64,000 nucleotides of DNA from an uncultured Actinomycetes bacterium. GTDB taxonomy: Bacteria > Actinomycetota > Acidimicrobiia > IMCC26256 > JACDBD01. Positions 42,589-52,320 of this stretch are shown here, piece by piece. Under the pieces are notes generated by a model, which worked only from the letters and a program-made list of their open reading frames with translations, was not told the origin of the DNA and did not search any database. The stretch lies in NCBI GenBank assembly GCA_963768605.1, contig CAVYIP010000008.1, forward strand, positions 102,684 to 166,683, read 5' to 3'. Both the position numbers and the translations under genes were made by a program. Within the stretch, counting starts at the first letter, position 1, and the number at the start of each line of letters is the position of its first letter.

Positions 42589-44163
42589 CTACGGCGCGAC
42601 CTTGAAGGCGCCGCGCATGAACGGGTGGATGCGGCAGAAGTAGGTATACGTGCCCGGCTTCAAGTCCGCCGGCGTGTCCCACGTGACGCGGCCCGCGGTC
42701 GGCGGCCCGGCCGCGCCGAGCTGCCCGGAGTCGAACTGCACACTCGAGTCTGCAAGCGGATACGCCACGCCCGTCTCCTTGTTGCACGGGGCGCGACATG
42801 CAGTGATCGAGTGCCAGATGCCGTTGGCATCCTTCGCGGCGTCGTTGTTCGTGAACGTGATCGACTGCCCGGCGTTGACCTTGGGGATCTGGTGCTTGCC
42901 CGTCGCGTCACCGACCGCGTAGAGAAAGTTGTCGATGCCGACCGAGGACGCATCTGTCGGCGCAAAGCGGCTCGCGTTGGGCAGCGTGGTCTTCTGCCCT
43001 CCGTGGTGGTTGTTCTCGGGCAAGTGCCCGTGGGTGAGCTCGCCCTTGGTGTCCACCTTGGTGGTGAACGGATCGCGTCCGCCCGTGCCGTCCGTGGCCC
43101 ACACGATCATGATGCCCATCGACTCGTACCAGGACGCGCGCTTGGAGTCGTAGGTCGTGTTGATCCGCAGCATGTCGCCCGCGTGCACCTGCACTCTCCA
43201 GTTGGGCGGCGTCGCCGTCATCGACACGTCCCAGCTGACCGCGCCGGCGGGCTCGAAGTAGTCGGCCACCGATCGGAAGAGGTGCGCGGTGTCCGGCTTG
43301 CCCGCTACGACGCTCGACCCCGGCGTACCGGTCGCGCCCGGACGATCCACGTACAGATCGTCGTGGAGGCCGCCGGGGTGCAGGTGGCCGGCGGTACCGA
43401 GCAGCACGCTGTCGCGGTCGACGCGCACCACGTTCTTCTGCCGGCCGCCGCCATAGGGATCGTTCGCCTGGTCGGGGTAGGTGAACGTGCCGTTCGTGCC
43501 CGAGCCCTTGATCACGTCGAACACCGGATAGATGCTGCCGCTCTGGACATCCATCCAGATCGGCCGCGCCGGCGTGATCTGCTGCGCGGCCGGCGACGAC
43601 GACGGGACGAAGTCGAGGTCGTAGGTGATCCACACCTGATACGGCCCCGGTGTGAGGTCGTGGATCATGTAGTTGATCCGCCAGTTGTCGGACGCCCGGT
43701 ACGGGTACCCGTAGCCGGTCGGCAACTTCATGATCGTCTTCTCTTCGCCGGCGGCGAAGAAGTTCGGCACTCCCCGAGAACGGTCGCGTTCGGCGGACTC
43801 GTTGAGCCACACGCCGTGGTGAAGGTGGATCACATCGACCGGCGGGACCTTGCCGTCCTTGGTGCGTAGGTTGGGATGGATCCCGACGATGTAGCCGTCC
43901 TCGGCCGGCTTCGGCACCTCACCTTCGCTGAAGGTGATGTTGTTCTGGCCCGGCTGAATCTGGACCGGCCCGTACTTGAAGTGCAGGTGCTGCACTCCGG
44001 GCTGATCCGGGGCCCACGGCGACGCCTTCCGCCTCGCGGGCCTGACAGGTTTGGCGCCGGCGGAGCTCGTGATCACCGTGGCGAGGGCGACCGTCAGCGC
44101 GGCGACAATCAGAGCCGCGACCACCCTTGGCCGAACTCGAACCCCGCTCGCCTGACCGGGCAC
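42589..44163 (-). CDS. secreted copper protein: PHM/DBH-like monooxygenase-type domain fused to a C-terminal cupredoxin
   Basis: 524 aa uninterrupted. Signal/TM segment VVAALIVAALTVALATV. His/Met motif order HLHHG, MIHD, GHLHPGG, ESMGIM. C-terminal type-1 Cu ligands IWH...YFCRIHPFM. Confidence 0.6.
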   Translation of the reverse strand: MPGQASGVRVRPRVVAALIVAALTVALATVITSSAGAKPVRPARRKASPWAPDQPGVQHLHFKYGPVQIQPGQNNITFSEGEVPKPAEDGYIVGIHPNLRTKDGKVPPVDVIHLHHGVWLNESAERDRSRGVPNFFAAGEEKTIMKLPTGYGYPYRASDNWRINYMIHDLTPGPYQVWITYDLDFVPSSSPAAQQITPARPIWMDVQSGSIYPVFDVIKGSGTNGTFTYPDQANDPYGGGRQKNVVRVDRDSVLLGTAGHLHPGGLHDDLYVDRPGATGTPGSSVVAGKPDTAHLFRSVADYFEPAGAVSWDVSMTATPPNWRVQVHAGDMLRINTTYDSKRASWYESMGIMIVWATDGTGGRDPFTTKVDTKGELTHGHLPENNHHGGQKTTLPNASRFAPTDASSVGIDNFLYAVGDATGKHQIPKVNAGQSITFTNNDAAKDANGIWHSITACRAPCNKETGVAYPLADSSVQFDSGQLGAAGPPTAGRVTWDTPADLKPGTYTYFCRIHPFMRGAFKVAP

Positions 44164-44233
44164 GGGACGAACCTAACGTCCTTGCGCACGGCGTGTAAAA
44201 GCCGAGGCTGTGCGGCACATCCATCGTCTGCGG

Positions 44234-45079
44234 TCAGATCGGCTCGTCCAGGAAGGCTCCGACGTCGGCGGCGAACTCGGCGGAGTGCTGGAAGAGGAAG
44301 CCATGCGCCGAGTCCGGATAGATCTTGAGGCGCGCGTCGGGTAGCAGCCCGGCGAGCAGATACGAGTAGCGGGGCAAGATCATCGGATCGCTGTCGCCGT
44401 TCGCCACGAACACCGGCATGTCGATGGCGCTCACCCGCTGCAGGCGGCTGTGGTCCGGAATTCCCCAATCGCATACGGCGTCGTACTGCGCTTCTCTGGT
44501 TTGCCAGGTGGTCGGCTGGTCGGGGTCGCTCCTTGGGCCGAAGATGCGCTGGAGAGCCTGCTGGCCGGCGCTTCGGCTCGACGCCGACTCGGCGAAGAAC
44601 ACGCGGAGGTACCCGTCGGGGTCTGGTTCGGGTTTGCCGACGGCGTCGATCACCTCCGGCGCCCAGCCGTGCATGCCGGCTGCTCCCTGCGGAGCGGACG
44701 ACGCCAGGATGACCTTGCGCAGCAGTGCGGGTCGGGTCAGCGCGATCTCTTGTGCGACAAAGCTTCCGATCGAGAAGCCGAGCAAGTCGATCTGTTCGAG
44801 CTCCAGCGCGGTCACGAACTCGATCGAGTCGATCGCCATCTGATCGATGCGGTGTGGCGTGGTCCCGGAACTTCCGCCCACGCCGACGTTGTCGAACACG
44901 ACGACGCGGCGGGACGACGAGAGGGCGTCGATCAGCGGTGGATCCCAGTTGTCAAGGTTTCCGCGGAAGTGCTGGAGCACCACGAGAGGTGTCCCGCCAC
45001 CTCCCGTGTCGCGGTAGGCGTAGTCGACACCGTTCGCCGCCCTCAGCTGTTTCTTCGGAAGCTCGGCGTATCCGCTCAT
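44234..45079 (-). CDS. alpha/beta hydrolase
   Basis: 281 aa uninterrupted. LVVLQHFRGNLDNW and nucleophile elbow GFSIGS. Confidence 0.85.
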   Translation of the reverse strand: MSGYAELPKKQLRAANGVDYAYRDTGGGGTPLVVLQHFRGNLDNWDPPLIDALSSSRRVVVFDNVGVGGSSGTTPHRIDQMAIDSIEFVTALELEQIDLLGFSIGSFVAQEIALTRPALLRKVILASSAPQGAAGMHGWAPEVIDAVGKPEPDPDGYLRVFFAESASSRSAGQQALQRIFGPRSDPDQPTTWQTREAQYDAVCDWGIPDHSRLQRVSAIDMPVFVANGDSDPMILPRYSYLLAGLLPDARLKIYPDSAHGFLFQHSAEFAADVGAFLDEPI

Positions 45080-45107
45080 TCATCGTCGCTCCGGGCAGTC
45101 TCTTTCG

Positions 45108-45836
45108 TCAGGAGATGAACTGCTGCCCGCCGTCGATGTCGTACGTCGCGCCGGTGAGCGCCGTGTTGGTCATGATGTGGACGGCGAGCGCGGCGACGTC
45201 GGCGGGCCCGACGACGCGGCCGATCGGGAGCGTCGCCCGCAGCTCGTTCCGGCGCTCGTCGAGTTGATCTCCGAGCAGCGACGCCGACAACGGGGTGTCG
45301 ACGAAGCCGGCGTGCGATGAGGTTGACGCGAACCGGCGCGATCTCGAGCGCGAGGGCTCGCCGACGAACGGAGGCAGCGCGGCGGTGGCCGGAAGCGGCG
45401 ATCCCGAGACGCGTGATCGATGCGCCGGCCGCCGGTGCCGCCCATGAACAGCAGCGTGCCTCCGGGCCTCATCTTGCCGACCGCGTTGCGCGCGACCTCG
45501 AGCGCCAGCGCCACGTGGCCGCTGAGCACCTCGCGCACGTCGGCCGCGTCCATCTCGAGCAGCGGCGCGTAGCGCGGGCCGGGGCCGGTGACCATCACAT
45601 GGTCGATCGGATCCGGCAGATCCTCGGAAGAACGCCTCCAGGGAGGCCGTGTCGTTGGCGTCGAAGGCGGCGGTGCTCCGGGCGCCGACTTCCTGCGCCG
45701 CTTGCTCGAGGCGATCGGGATTGCGGGCGGCGAGGACGACCTCGGCACCCTCGGCCCGGGCGCGTCGAGCAGTCTCGAGCCCGATCCCTGCGCTGCCGCC
45801 GATCACGACGACGGTCTGTCCGTCCAGTTCCCTCAC
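45108..45836 (-). pseudogene. short-chain dehydrogenase/reductase (frame-disrupted)
   Basis: VVVIGGSAGIG N-term and TGATYDIDGGQQ C-term share one frame; the middle lies in two other frames (at least 3 switches). Confidence 0.7.
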
Positions 45837-45845
45837 GTCGTCGCC

Positions 45846-47226
45846 TCAGCCCGACATGTTCGCCATCTGCGCGTCCATCGGGCCGACCGGCGGCGGCATG
45901 TCCGCGATCTTCATCCGGAGTGCCTTCACGACTGTGTCGTAGATCCCCGACCAGCTCGGGAAGGGCTGGATCGTGTCGCCGAGCACCTCGACCGGGACAT
46001 GGGCGCGGATGGCGAGCGTCGCCTGCTGCAGCCACTCACCGGCTTCGGGCCCGAGCGCGTAGGCGCCGGTCAGGCGCTCGCCGTCGCTGAGGAGCGTCAT
46101 GAACCCGTTGGACTCGGCGTACGCGTGTGTGTACGTCGCCGCCTTCGGCACGTCTGACACGGGACAGGTGGCGCTGTACTCGCCTTCGAGCGCTCCCACC
46201 GCCGCCGCCTGAGGATCGGTGTAGGTGACGCGCGGAACGGCTTCGTAGTTCGCCGGGACGCCCGTCGCCGGCGATGTTCTCGGCGACGACGTCTCCCTCG
46301 TATTCGCCGACATGCGTCAGCGGCCAGATGCCGGTGACGTCGCCGATCGCCCAGAGGCGCTCGCCGACACGCAGGTGGTCGTCGACCGGGATCCCGTGGG
46401 GGTTGGCCTCGACGCCCACCGTCTCGAGCCCGATCCCCTCGACACGTGGTCGACGGCCGGTTGCGACGAGCAGCCGGTCGCCCCGGACCTCCGTTCCGCC
46501 GTCGAACTCCAGGACGTACTCGTCACCCTCTCGCCGGGCGGCGGTGGCGTGCATCCCGAGCGTCAGCTCGATGCCGCCGCGCCGTAGGGCCTCGCCGAGC
46601 GCCTCGCCCAGCGGCGCCGCCTCGCGGGGAAGCACGCGGTCGCCACCCTCGACGACCACGGCCTCGCCGCCGAGACGGCGCACGACCTGCGCCATCTCGA
46701 CTCCGACCGGCCCGCCGCCCAGGATCAGGAGGCGGCGCGGGACCGCCTTCATGCCCGTCGCCTCACGGTTGGTCCACACGCCGTCGAGCTCGCGCAGCCC
46801 CGGAACCGGCGGCACGATCGGATCAGCACCGGCCGCGATGACGACGTGGTCGGCCGTGTGGCGCTCGCCGTCGACCTCGACCGCCCCCGTGCCGGCAAGT
46901 CGGCCGGTACCGCGCAGGAGGGCGATGCCCCGGTCCGCCAGCCAGTGCTCCTGGCCGGCGTCGGAGTAGTTCGACACCATGAAGTCCCGCCACGCCAGCG
47001 CGTCCTGCACGTCGACCTGCGCGCTCGCACCCGCGTCGCGCGCGCCCTGCACCGCCTCGCCCGGGCGCAGCAGCGACTTCGACGGAATGCAAGCCCAGTA
47101 GGAGCACTCGCCGCCGACCAGCTCTCGCTCGACAACGGCGACGCGCAGCCCGCGCGCCGCCAGCGCCGCCGCGCAGTGCTCGCCGGGGGCCCCGCCGCCG
47201 AGAACGATCGCGTCGTAGTCGCTCAC
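45846..47226 (-). pseudogene. FAD-dependent pyridine nucleotide-disulfide oxidoreductase (dihydrolipoyl dehydrogenase/mycothione reductase-like; frame-disrupted)
   Basis: GTG 47226 overlaps the upstream stop. YDAIVLGGGAPG, redox disulfide GGECSYWACIPSK. One switch near ~46265. Confidence 0.8.
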
Positions 47227-47822
47227 GTGGGCAGTTCCGCGCCCGACTGCTCCGCCACCATGTACGCGGCGTACCAGTCGGGCCAGTTCTCGTCTCTCTG
47301 TCCGGTTCGCTTCTCGTGCTCGCCGTGGGCGGACTCCGCCCGCCGCATCGCGTTCGCCAGGTCGCTGATGGAACCGAACGAAGTCGCGGCGGCGTCGACG
47401 CGCCCGGGAAGGCGGGTCGTGATCTCCTGCATCAACCACTCGTTGCCGTCGGGGTCCTTGAACGTGGCACGCGAGAAGTAGCTGCGACGCTCGGGATCCG
47501 CGCCACTCTCCGGACCGTCCGGGCCGAGATGGAAGACGTCGCTCACGTCGGCGCCGGCGGCGACCAGCGCGTCCCGGGCGGCCACGATGTCGGAGACGAC
47601 CAGGTACCCCTTGGCCGAACCGGGCGCGGCCGACGTGAGCGGCGCGCCAAATTGCACCGAGGACTCGGAGCCGTGCGGGGTGAACTGGACGATGCCCGAC
47701 CCGGGCGGCGTGACGTCCTGTCGCCACCCGAGACTTTTGTAGAACGCCGTCGCGCGGTCGACATCCGACACGGGGATGACCATGACCTCGAGCTTCTGGT
47801 CCAAGTCCGCGACGCTGCTCAT
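47223..47822 (-). CDS. VOC/glyoxalase-family protein
   Basis: ATG 47822, 199 aa uninterrupted. MVIPVSDVDRATAFYKSLGW, FKDPDGNEW. Confidence 0.8.
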   Translation of the reverse strand: MSSVADLDQKLEVMVIPVSDVDRATAFYKSLGWRQDVTPPGSGIVQFTPHGSESSVQFGAPLTSAAPGSAKGYLVVSDIVAARDALVAAGADVSDVFHLGPDGPESGADPERRSYFSRATFKDPDGNEWLMQEITTRLPGRVDAAATSFGSISDLANAMRRAESAHGEHEKRTGQRDENWPDWYAAYMVAEQSGAELPT

Positions 47823-47977
47823 GTCCTGCCTCCTCGGCCGTGTCGGCACGGCTCGGTGAATCCTCCCACGAGCGCGGCCGGGACGGCCTCCTCGCCGCGG
47901 TGCGCGTGTACGACGACGTCGAGCCACCCGGCGAAAACCTCTGAGGCTCGGTTGCGCGACGCCCGACGGAACCCGTG

Positions 47978-48802
47978 TCAGTGGGGGTCGCTCGTGCGGC
48001 CGAGGGTCTCCACGGGGGTCGCGCCGGGGCGGGTCCACTGCGCCGTGGGCCGGCCGGTCGGGCCCCAGGTGGCGACGCCGTCGGCGTCCGTGCGCCAGTA
48101 CCAGCAGATCGGCGCACCATGCCCACCGGCCGGCGAACCGGCATCAGGGGCCTCGGGCCAGCCCTCGGGGTTGTCCTCCCACGCCTCGCGGCGGCCGTAG
48201 GGCGTCATGTCGAGCAGGCCGAGGGACGCGCCGAGCGGCTCGTCGCCACGGCCGGTCGCGGAGTAGGTGAGGAACACGCGGTCGCCGTCGCGCAGGTAAC
48301 AGACGATGTGCCCCATTTGTTCGCCGATCGGCGGCTCCAGGCCCCGCACCGAGTACCAGGGCTGGGTGTACCCCATGAACTCGACGAAGGGAGCCACCTC
48401 GTCCCACGGGCCCGAGGTCAGGATGGCGAACGAGACGCCGCGGGCGTTGAGGTAGACGGCGTCCTCGGCGTGCTTCATGTGCCAGACGTTGAAGGTGCAG
48501 CCCTCGCACTGCCCCTGGAACGGCGCGCCGTCGTACCACATCTGCTGGTAGACCATGAGCTCGTCGCGACCCTGGAACAGGTCGAGGAACGGGACCGGAC
48601 CGTCAGCGCCGGTGACCTCGACCGCGCCGTCGAACTCGACCATCGGCAGCCGCCGCCGGGCCGCGGCGATCGCGTCGCCCTCATGGGTGTGCGCCTTCTC
48701 GCGGACCAGCAGCTCCTCGCGCGCCGCCTGCCAGGTGGCCAGGTCGACGACGGGCGGCTTGCCGGGGAGGTTGCTGCTCGCGTTGCCGGGCGTGGTCGCC
48801 AT
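47978..48802 (-). CDS. DUF899 thioredoxin-like family protein
   Basis: 274 aa uninterrupted. LLVREKAHTHEGDAIAAARRRLPMV...LFQGRDELMVYQ is typical of DUF899. Confidence 0.75.
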   Translation of the reverse strand: MATTPGNASSNLPGKPPVVDLATWQAAREELLVREKAHTHEGDAIAAARRRLPMVEFDGAVEVTGADGPVPFLDLFQGRDELMVYQQMWYDGAPFQGQCEGCTFNVWHMKHAEDAVYLNARGVSFAILTSGPWDEVAPFVEFMGYTQPWYSVRGLEPPIGEQMGHIVCYLRDGDRVFLTYSATGRGDEPLGASLGLLDMTPYGRREAWEDNPEGWPEAPDAGSPAGGHGAPICWYWRTDADGVATWGPTGRPTAQWTRPGATPVETLGRTSDPH

Positions 48803-48910
48803 GGTGTCCTCCGCGGTCTCGTCTCGTGTGCTCGCGGGCTCCCTGGGGAGCCTGTCAGCTGAGACGATTCAAGGTGCCGAGACTCATCGGCGACAAGCCC
48901 GGGCACAGGA

Positions 48911-48937
48911 AGGCCCCGGACTGCTTGTCCGGGGCCT
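48911..48937 (-). terminator. 10-bp-stem hairpin just downstream of the orphan tRNA 3' fragment
   Basis: aggccccgga-ctgcttg-tccggggcct. Positioned as the original tRNA trailer terminator. Confidence 0.5.
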
Positions 48938-48938
48938 C

Positions 48939-48998
48939 TGACCTGCGCTTCGTTGGTGGCGGGGGAAGGATTTGAACCTTCGACCTTCGGGTTATGAG
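48939..48998. repeat. 60-bp direct repeat (attL-like): orphan 3' 45 nt of tRNA-fMet plus 15-nt trailer
   Basis: Identical base-for-base to 61757-61816. Contains the CCA end to the anticodon loop but no 5' half. Confidence 0.9.
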
Positions 48999-49117
48999 AT
49001 CGCGCAGCGAGTGAACGAGAGTTGGCGCAAGTTCGCGTTAGTGCTGCTCGGGGTCACACTTGGTATAGCCGGAAGGCACGATTTGGACGCAAGTTGCGCT
49101 CCGTTTCCCAGAGTTGG

Positions 49118-49139
49118 GCTGACATCGCGCTGACATCGG
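49118..49139. repeat. tandem 11-bp repeat GCTGACATCG[C/G] x2 (candidate recombinase arm-type sites)
   Basis: gctgacatcgc gctgacatcgg, 120 bp inside the left repeat. A third copy lies at 61707-61717 in the same orientation. Confidence 0.45.
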
Positions 49140-49211
49140 ATATCCCGCGAATCGATCAGCGGAGAGGTTGTCCGGGACCCTTCCGTCAGCCGATTCACAC
49201 GGCCAGAGCGG

Positions 49212-49598
49212 TTAGCTGACCGGACCGAGACGGGCCTCTCGCCGCGCCCAGCGCTCGTGCCTGTGCTCTGCGAGCGGCGAAGGATTATCGCCGGTCCAGG
49301 CTGATAGAGGCACCGAGACCGCGAGGAAGCTGTCACGGAATCGGCCGTACCCGCTGGCGACGTCGACTGGCCCGCGGAGTCCCTCGCGAGCTTCGTCAGG
49401 CACGCAACAGAATGCCTTGTCGAGGTAGCGCTCGTACTCGAGGTCGAGTTCGGATCCGGTCTGTCCGAGATCGGCGATCTTGCACTTGAGGGCTTGAACT
49501 TCGTCCGCGAGTTCGTCCATAGCCTCGAGAACTTGGGTCGGGATGATCTTGTCAAGGTCGAGCCACGCCGGGATTTCAGGCGCGCTTGTGCTGGCCAT
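49212..49598 (-). CDS. hypothetical protein (island)
   Basis: ATG 49598 preceded by GGGAAGGAA. 128 aa, MASTSAPEIPAWLDLDKIIPTQVLEAMDELADEVQALK... No family recognised. Confidence 0.5.
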   Translation of the reverse strand: MASTSAPEIPAWLDLDKIIPTQVLEAMDELADEVQALKCKIADLGQTGSELDLEYERYLDKAFCCVPDEAREGLRGPVDVASGYGRFRDSFLAVSVPLSAWTGDNPSPLAEHRHERWARREARLGPVS

Positions 49599-49916
49599 GG
49601 AGGTTCCTTCCCTAGGACGCCTTCCGGGTTCGGCAGGCTGCCGCCAATGCACGTGCTGGCACTCCGTGAATGAAACGATCGCGCGCCGCACGGCGCTCTC
49701 GGTGGATTTCGCGTCTTGGTGCAGCCCGCGAGGTTGCCCGCGAGTGACCGTGTTTGACCGTGCCGAGTGGTGCAGCCGTGGTGCAAGGCAACGGTCCGTT
49801 CCTCCGCGGAGGTTGTTGCCGAAGAGCCGCCACTTGATCCCGGACGAGGCTCTCGAGGTGCTGAGGAAGCTTCTCGAGGCCCTCCGCGAGGTGAGGGATC
49901 TACGGCGTCGGATTGG

Positions 49917-50183
49917 CTAGCCGGACACCCATTCTCGAACTACGGCCCATCGGTAGCGGCGATGACCGCCGACTGTGCGCACCGACGGCAATCCACTCTG
50001 GGTTGGCCAGCGCCAGACCGTCTTCGGCGTGACGTTCAATAGCCACGCGACTTCGCTAGAGGAGAGCAGCGCCTCAAGCGCGGACCCGTAGGGAACCGTC
50101 TCGTGCGGCGCCCTGTCGGAAGGGTGACGGGCCGCGGGCTCGGTCGCCCATTCCGATGACCGGCTTTCTGGACTGGCCCTCAT
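49917..50183 (-). CDS. xis: excisionase-family helix-turn-helix DNA-binding protein
   Basis: C-terminal LLSSSEVAWLLNVTPKTVWRWPTQSGLPSVRTVGGHRRYRWAVVREWV matches the excisionase/MerR-like HTH pattern. Start may be internal. Confidence 0.7.
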   Translation of the reverse strand: MRASPESRSSEWATEPAARHPSDRAPHETVPYGSALEALLSSSEVAWLLNVTPKTVWRWPTQSGLPSVRTVGGHRRYRWAVVREWVSG

Positions 50184-50292
50184 GTGTCAGACGTCACCCG
50201 ATGTCCGTGTCGCGCGTCATGGAGCACTGGGGCAGCAGACGCATGATCGGCAGGCCATCCGAGGGAACCGCCAACGGGGCCCTCGGAGAAAA

Positions 50293-50344
50293 GGGGAAGG
50301 CGGGAGCCCAACTCCGCAAGGACCGGGGGGCTCCCGCCTTCCCC
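50293..50344 (-). terminator. perfect 17-bp-stem hairpin followed by TTTTCTCC on the minus strand
   Basis: ggggaaggcgggagccc - 18-nt loop - gggctcccgccttcccc. Followed by a T-run on the minus strand. Lies between a small membrane-protein gene and xis. Confidence 0.6.
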
Positions 50345-50646
50345 GTCGGTCAGTCTCAGGCCCGCCACCACCGCCGCCAGCTACCGCAGAAAGTGTTATC
50401 GGCTTCGGACTGGCCAGGCAGTGGGCGGCGCACATCAATGACGGTGATCGGACGCGCACAGATGTGCCGATATGGCGCGCCTGGCGGCTCTCATCTGCCG
50501 ACGTTCTGTGCGCCGTTCGGTGCGCGGAGGCCAGGCGCAGATCGGCAGTTCTGGGTGCCTATGACGAGGCGGCACCCAGACCTAAAGCAGCGTCGCTTTA
50601 TCCACGAAGCGGAGCCGATCGCTCGCCCCACTGGCCACGGTCCGAT

Positions 50647-50968
50647 TCACCGTGCGAAGCGGATCTTCAACTGGAGGTTCGCCTCCGAAAGCTGCGAGCT
50701 GTTGTCGTTCACCGGGATCACGCAACGGGGATGGTCGGCGTCGCCGATGGCGTTCCCGACCGGCGTGTTCGAAGGCGTCGTCCGGGATCAACAAGCGAGC
50801 CACTGCCCCAGCGACCAGGCCGAGGACGAGGGGTAAAGCGCGGGTTCGCGGCCCAGAGGCGGGCGCGGTGGGCCGGGCGCTGCCCCTCCGAACGTGCGCC
50901 GGTCTGTGGCGATGTTGGGTGTTAGCGGCCCGCGGCGCGGTAAGCCTCCATGCCGTCGCGGGGGTCAA
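50647..50968 (-). pseudogene. small membrane-anchored hypothetical protein (probably frame-disrupted)
   Basis: TM segment ALPLVLGLVAGAVARLLIPDD. After one switch (~50760) it reads VGNAIGDADHPRCVIPVNDNSSQLSEANLQLKIRFAR-stop. Start uncertain. Confidence 0.3.
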
Positions 50969-51233
50969 TCCACCGTTCCGTCACCGTCTGGCGGGCCATG
51001 TCGGCCAGGTGGAAGATCGCCCTGTTCATCTCCGGCTTCGGAGGTGCATCGAACACCTGCGCCGACTCGGCCTCGGCAAGGACAGCGACCTCGTCGGGGT
51101 TCGTCCAGAAGAACCGGCAGTCGGTGACCCCCGGCGTCGCCCGCTGTTCGCGGCAAAAAACAAACGCTGCGTTGCCCAACTCCTCCCGGTCGGTGCCTTC
51201 GCGACGTTCCCATTTCGTGAGCATGATGGCCAT
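50922..51233 (-). CDS. hypothetical small protein (island)
   Basis: 103-aa uninterrupted ORF, MAIMLTKWERREGTDREELGNAAFVFCREQRATPGVTDCRFFW... No family recognised. Confidence 0.5.
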   Translation of the reverse strand: MAIMLTKWERREGTDREELGNAAFVFCREQRATPGVTDCRFFWTNPDEVAVLAEAESAQVFDAPPKPEMNRAIFHLADMARQTVTERWIDPRDGMEAYRAAGR

Positions 51234-51320
51234 GACATCTCCTAGGGGTTCTCGCTAACCGTTAGCGACTACGCCCTTGGGATATTCCTCCGCAACTCAA
51301 CAAGCAAGAGTGCGTGCCAG

Positions 51321-51749
51321 TCAATCCGAACTGATCAAGAGGGACAGGCTCGGTATGTCGAAGCCCTCGAGGACGACGCCGTCCGCGAGCCGGTACACGA
51401 CAACGCTGCTTCCCTGATGGCGAACGTCGCCAATGGTCATTTCGACCTCGAGATGTGCGACGACGAGGTCCTCGCCGACGGGCCAAATATCTACGGCACG
51501 CTTGTTGAAGGTCCCATCCGTGAGATCGTCGAGCATCCTGGGCCAGTCCTTCAGGACCTTGTCTTTGCCCTCGAAGTGCGTCACGAGTTCGGGATGCGGA
51601 GACTGGAAGTGCCAAACGATGTTGTCAGCAAGTGCATCGGGGTCTGAATCCAATGCCTTGCGGATGAGCTCAACGTTGCCTCGCTGTGTTGACGTCACCC
51701 GAACAGATTGCCTGTTCTGGCGCCCGGGGCGCGCACACAGAATCATCAC
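51321..51749 (-). CDS. NTF2/SnoaL-like protein
   Basis: GNVELIRKALDSDPDALADNIVWHF...VVVYRLADGVVLEGFD is typical of SnoaL-like proteins. True start is probably internal (~51700). Confidence 0.6.
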   Translation of the reverse strand: MMILCARPGRQNRQSVRVTSTQRGNVELIRKALDSDPDALADNIVWHFQSPHPELVTHFEGKDKVLKDWPRMLDDLTDGTFNKRAVDIWPVGEDLVVAHLEVEMTIGDVRHQGSSVVVYRLADGVVLEGFDIPSLSLLISSD

Positions 51750-51868
51750 GACCTCGCCCGACAGGTGTGGGACGTCGAGGGGGTGAACACCGACTCCTCG
51801 GCGTTTCGAAAATCCGAGGCCCGAATCGCTCTATCCCCCCGAGTCTCGCCGCTCTAGGTTCTGGCGCC

Positions 51869-52072
51869 ATGTGGACCGGTGTCGTCTGGCGTGAAGCCGG
51901 GAACTACGGGCCCGGAGGGATGTTCGAGCCGAGGCAGAACCTGGGAAGCCACACATTCCCCCACGACCCCGAAGTCGGCTTCGTTCTCGAAATCAACGAC
52001 GAGCAGTACCAAGTCACAGAGGTCTATCTCGGGTTCTGTCACGTCCGCCCGACGAGGATGAAGCCGTCGTGA
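51869..52072 (+). CDS. hypothetical small protein
   Basis: 67 aa from ATG 51869. Third-codon positions are mostly G/C, unlike the overlapping minus-strand ORF. No family recognised. Confidence 0.3.
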   Translation: MWTGVVWREAGNYGPGGMFEPRQNLGSHTFPHDPEVGFVLEINDEQYQVTEVYLGFCHVRPTRMKPS

Positions 52073-52320
52073 GCGTCACCCGGACCCGCTCGGTGCTCTA
52101 CTCCCTCGCCCGTCCGGCCGCACAGCTTAACCAGTCCTTTATCGGTTTGGTCACATTCCCGAACGTGCCCGAGGGTAGGCTAACGAGGCCGAGCGGGCTG
52201 GTGAGTTGACGCGTCGGAAGTTCGCGCACGCAACGGTCAAGGCCGGCCTTGCCGCGAGCGCAGCAGTCTGGGTTGCACCGGCGACTCGGAACCCCAGGGG
52301 GCGTCTTCGTGCGAACCGAA

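Noticed and set aside
49118-49139. Tandem 11-mers as a CRISPR or iteron array
   Set aside because: There are only two adjacent copies with no spacers and no cas genes. No CRISPR array, rRNA gene or additional tRNA was seen anywhere in the window.
48999-49916. Possible degraded integrase between attL and xis
   Set aside because: I translated all three minus-strand frames and the plus-strand ORFs listed there. I found no recombinase-like motifs, and the space is occupied by a 128-aa ORF with its own ribosome-binding site.
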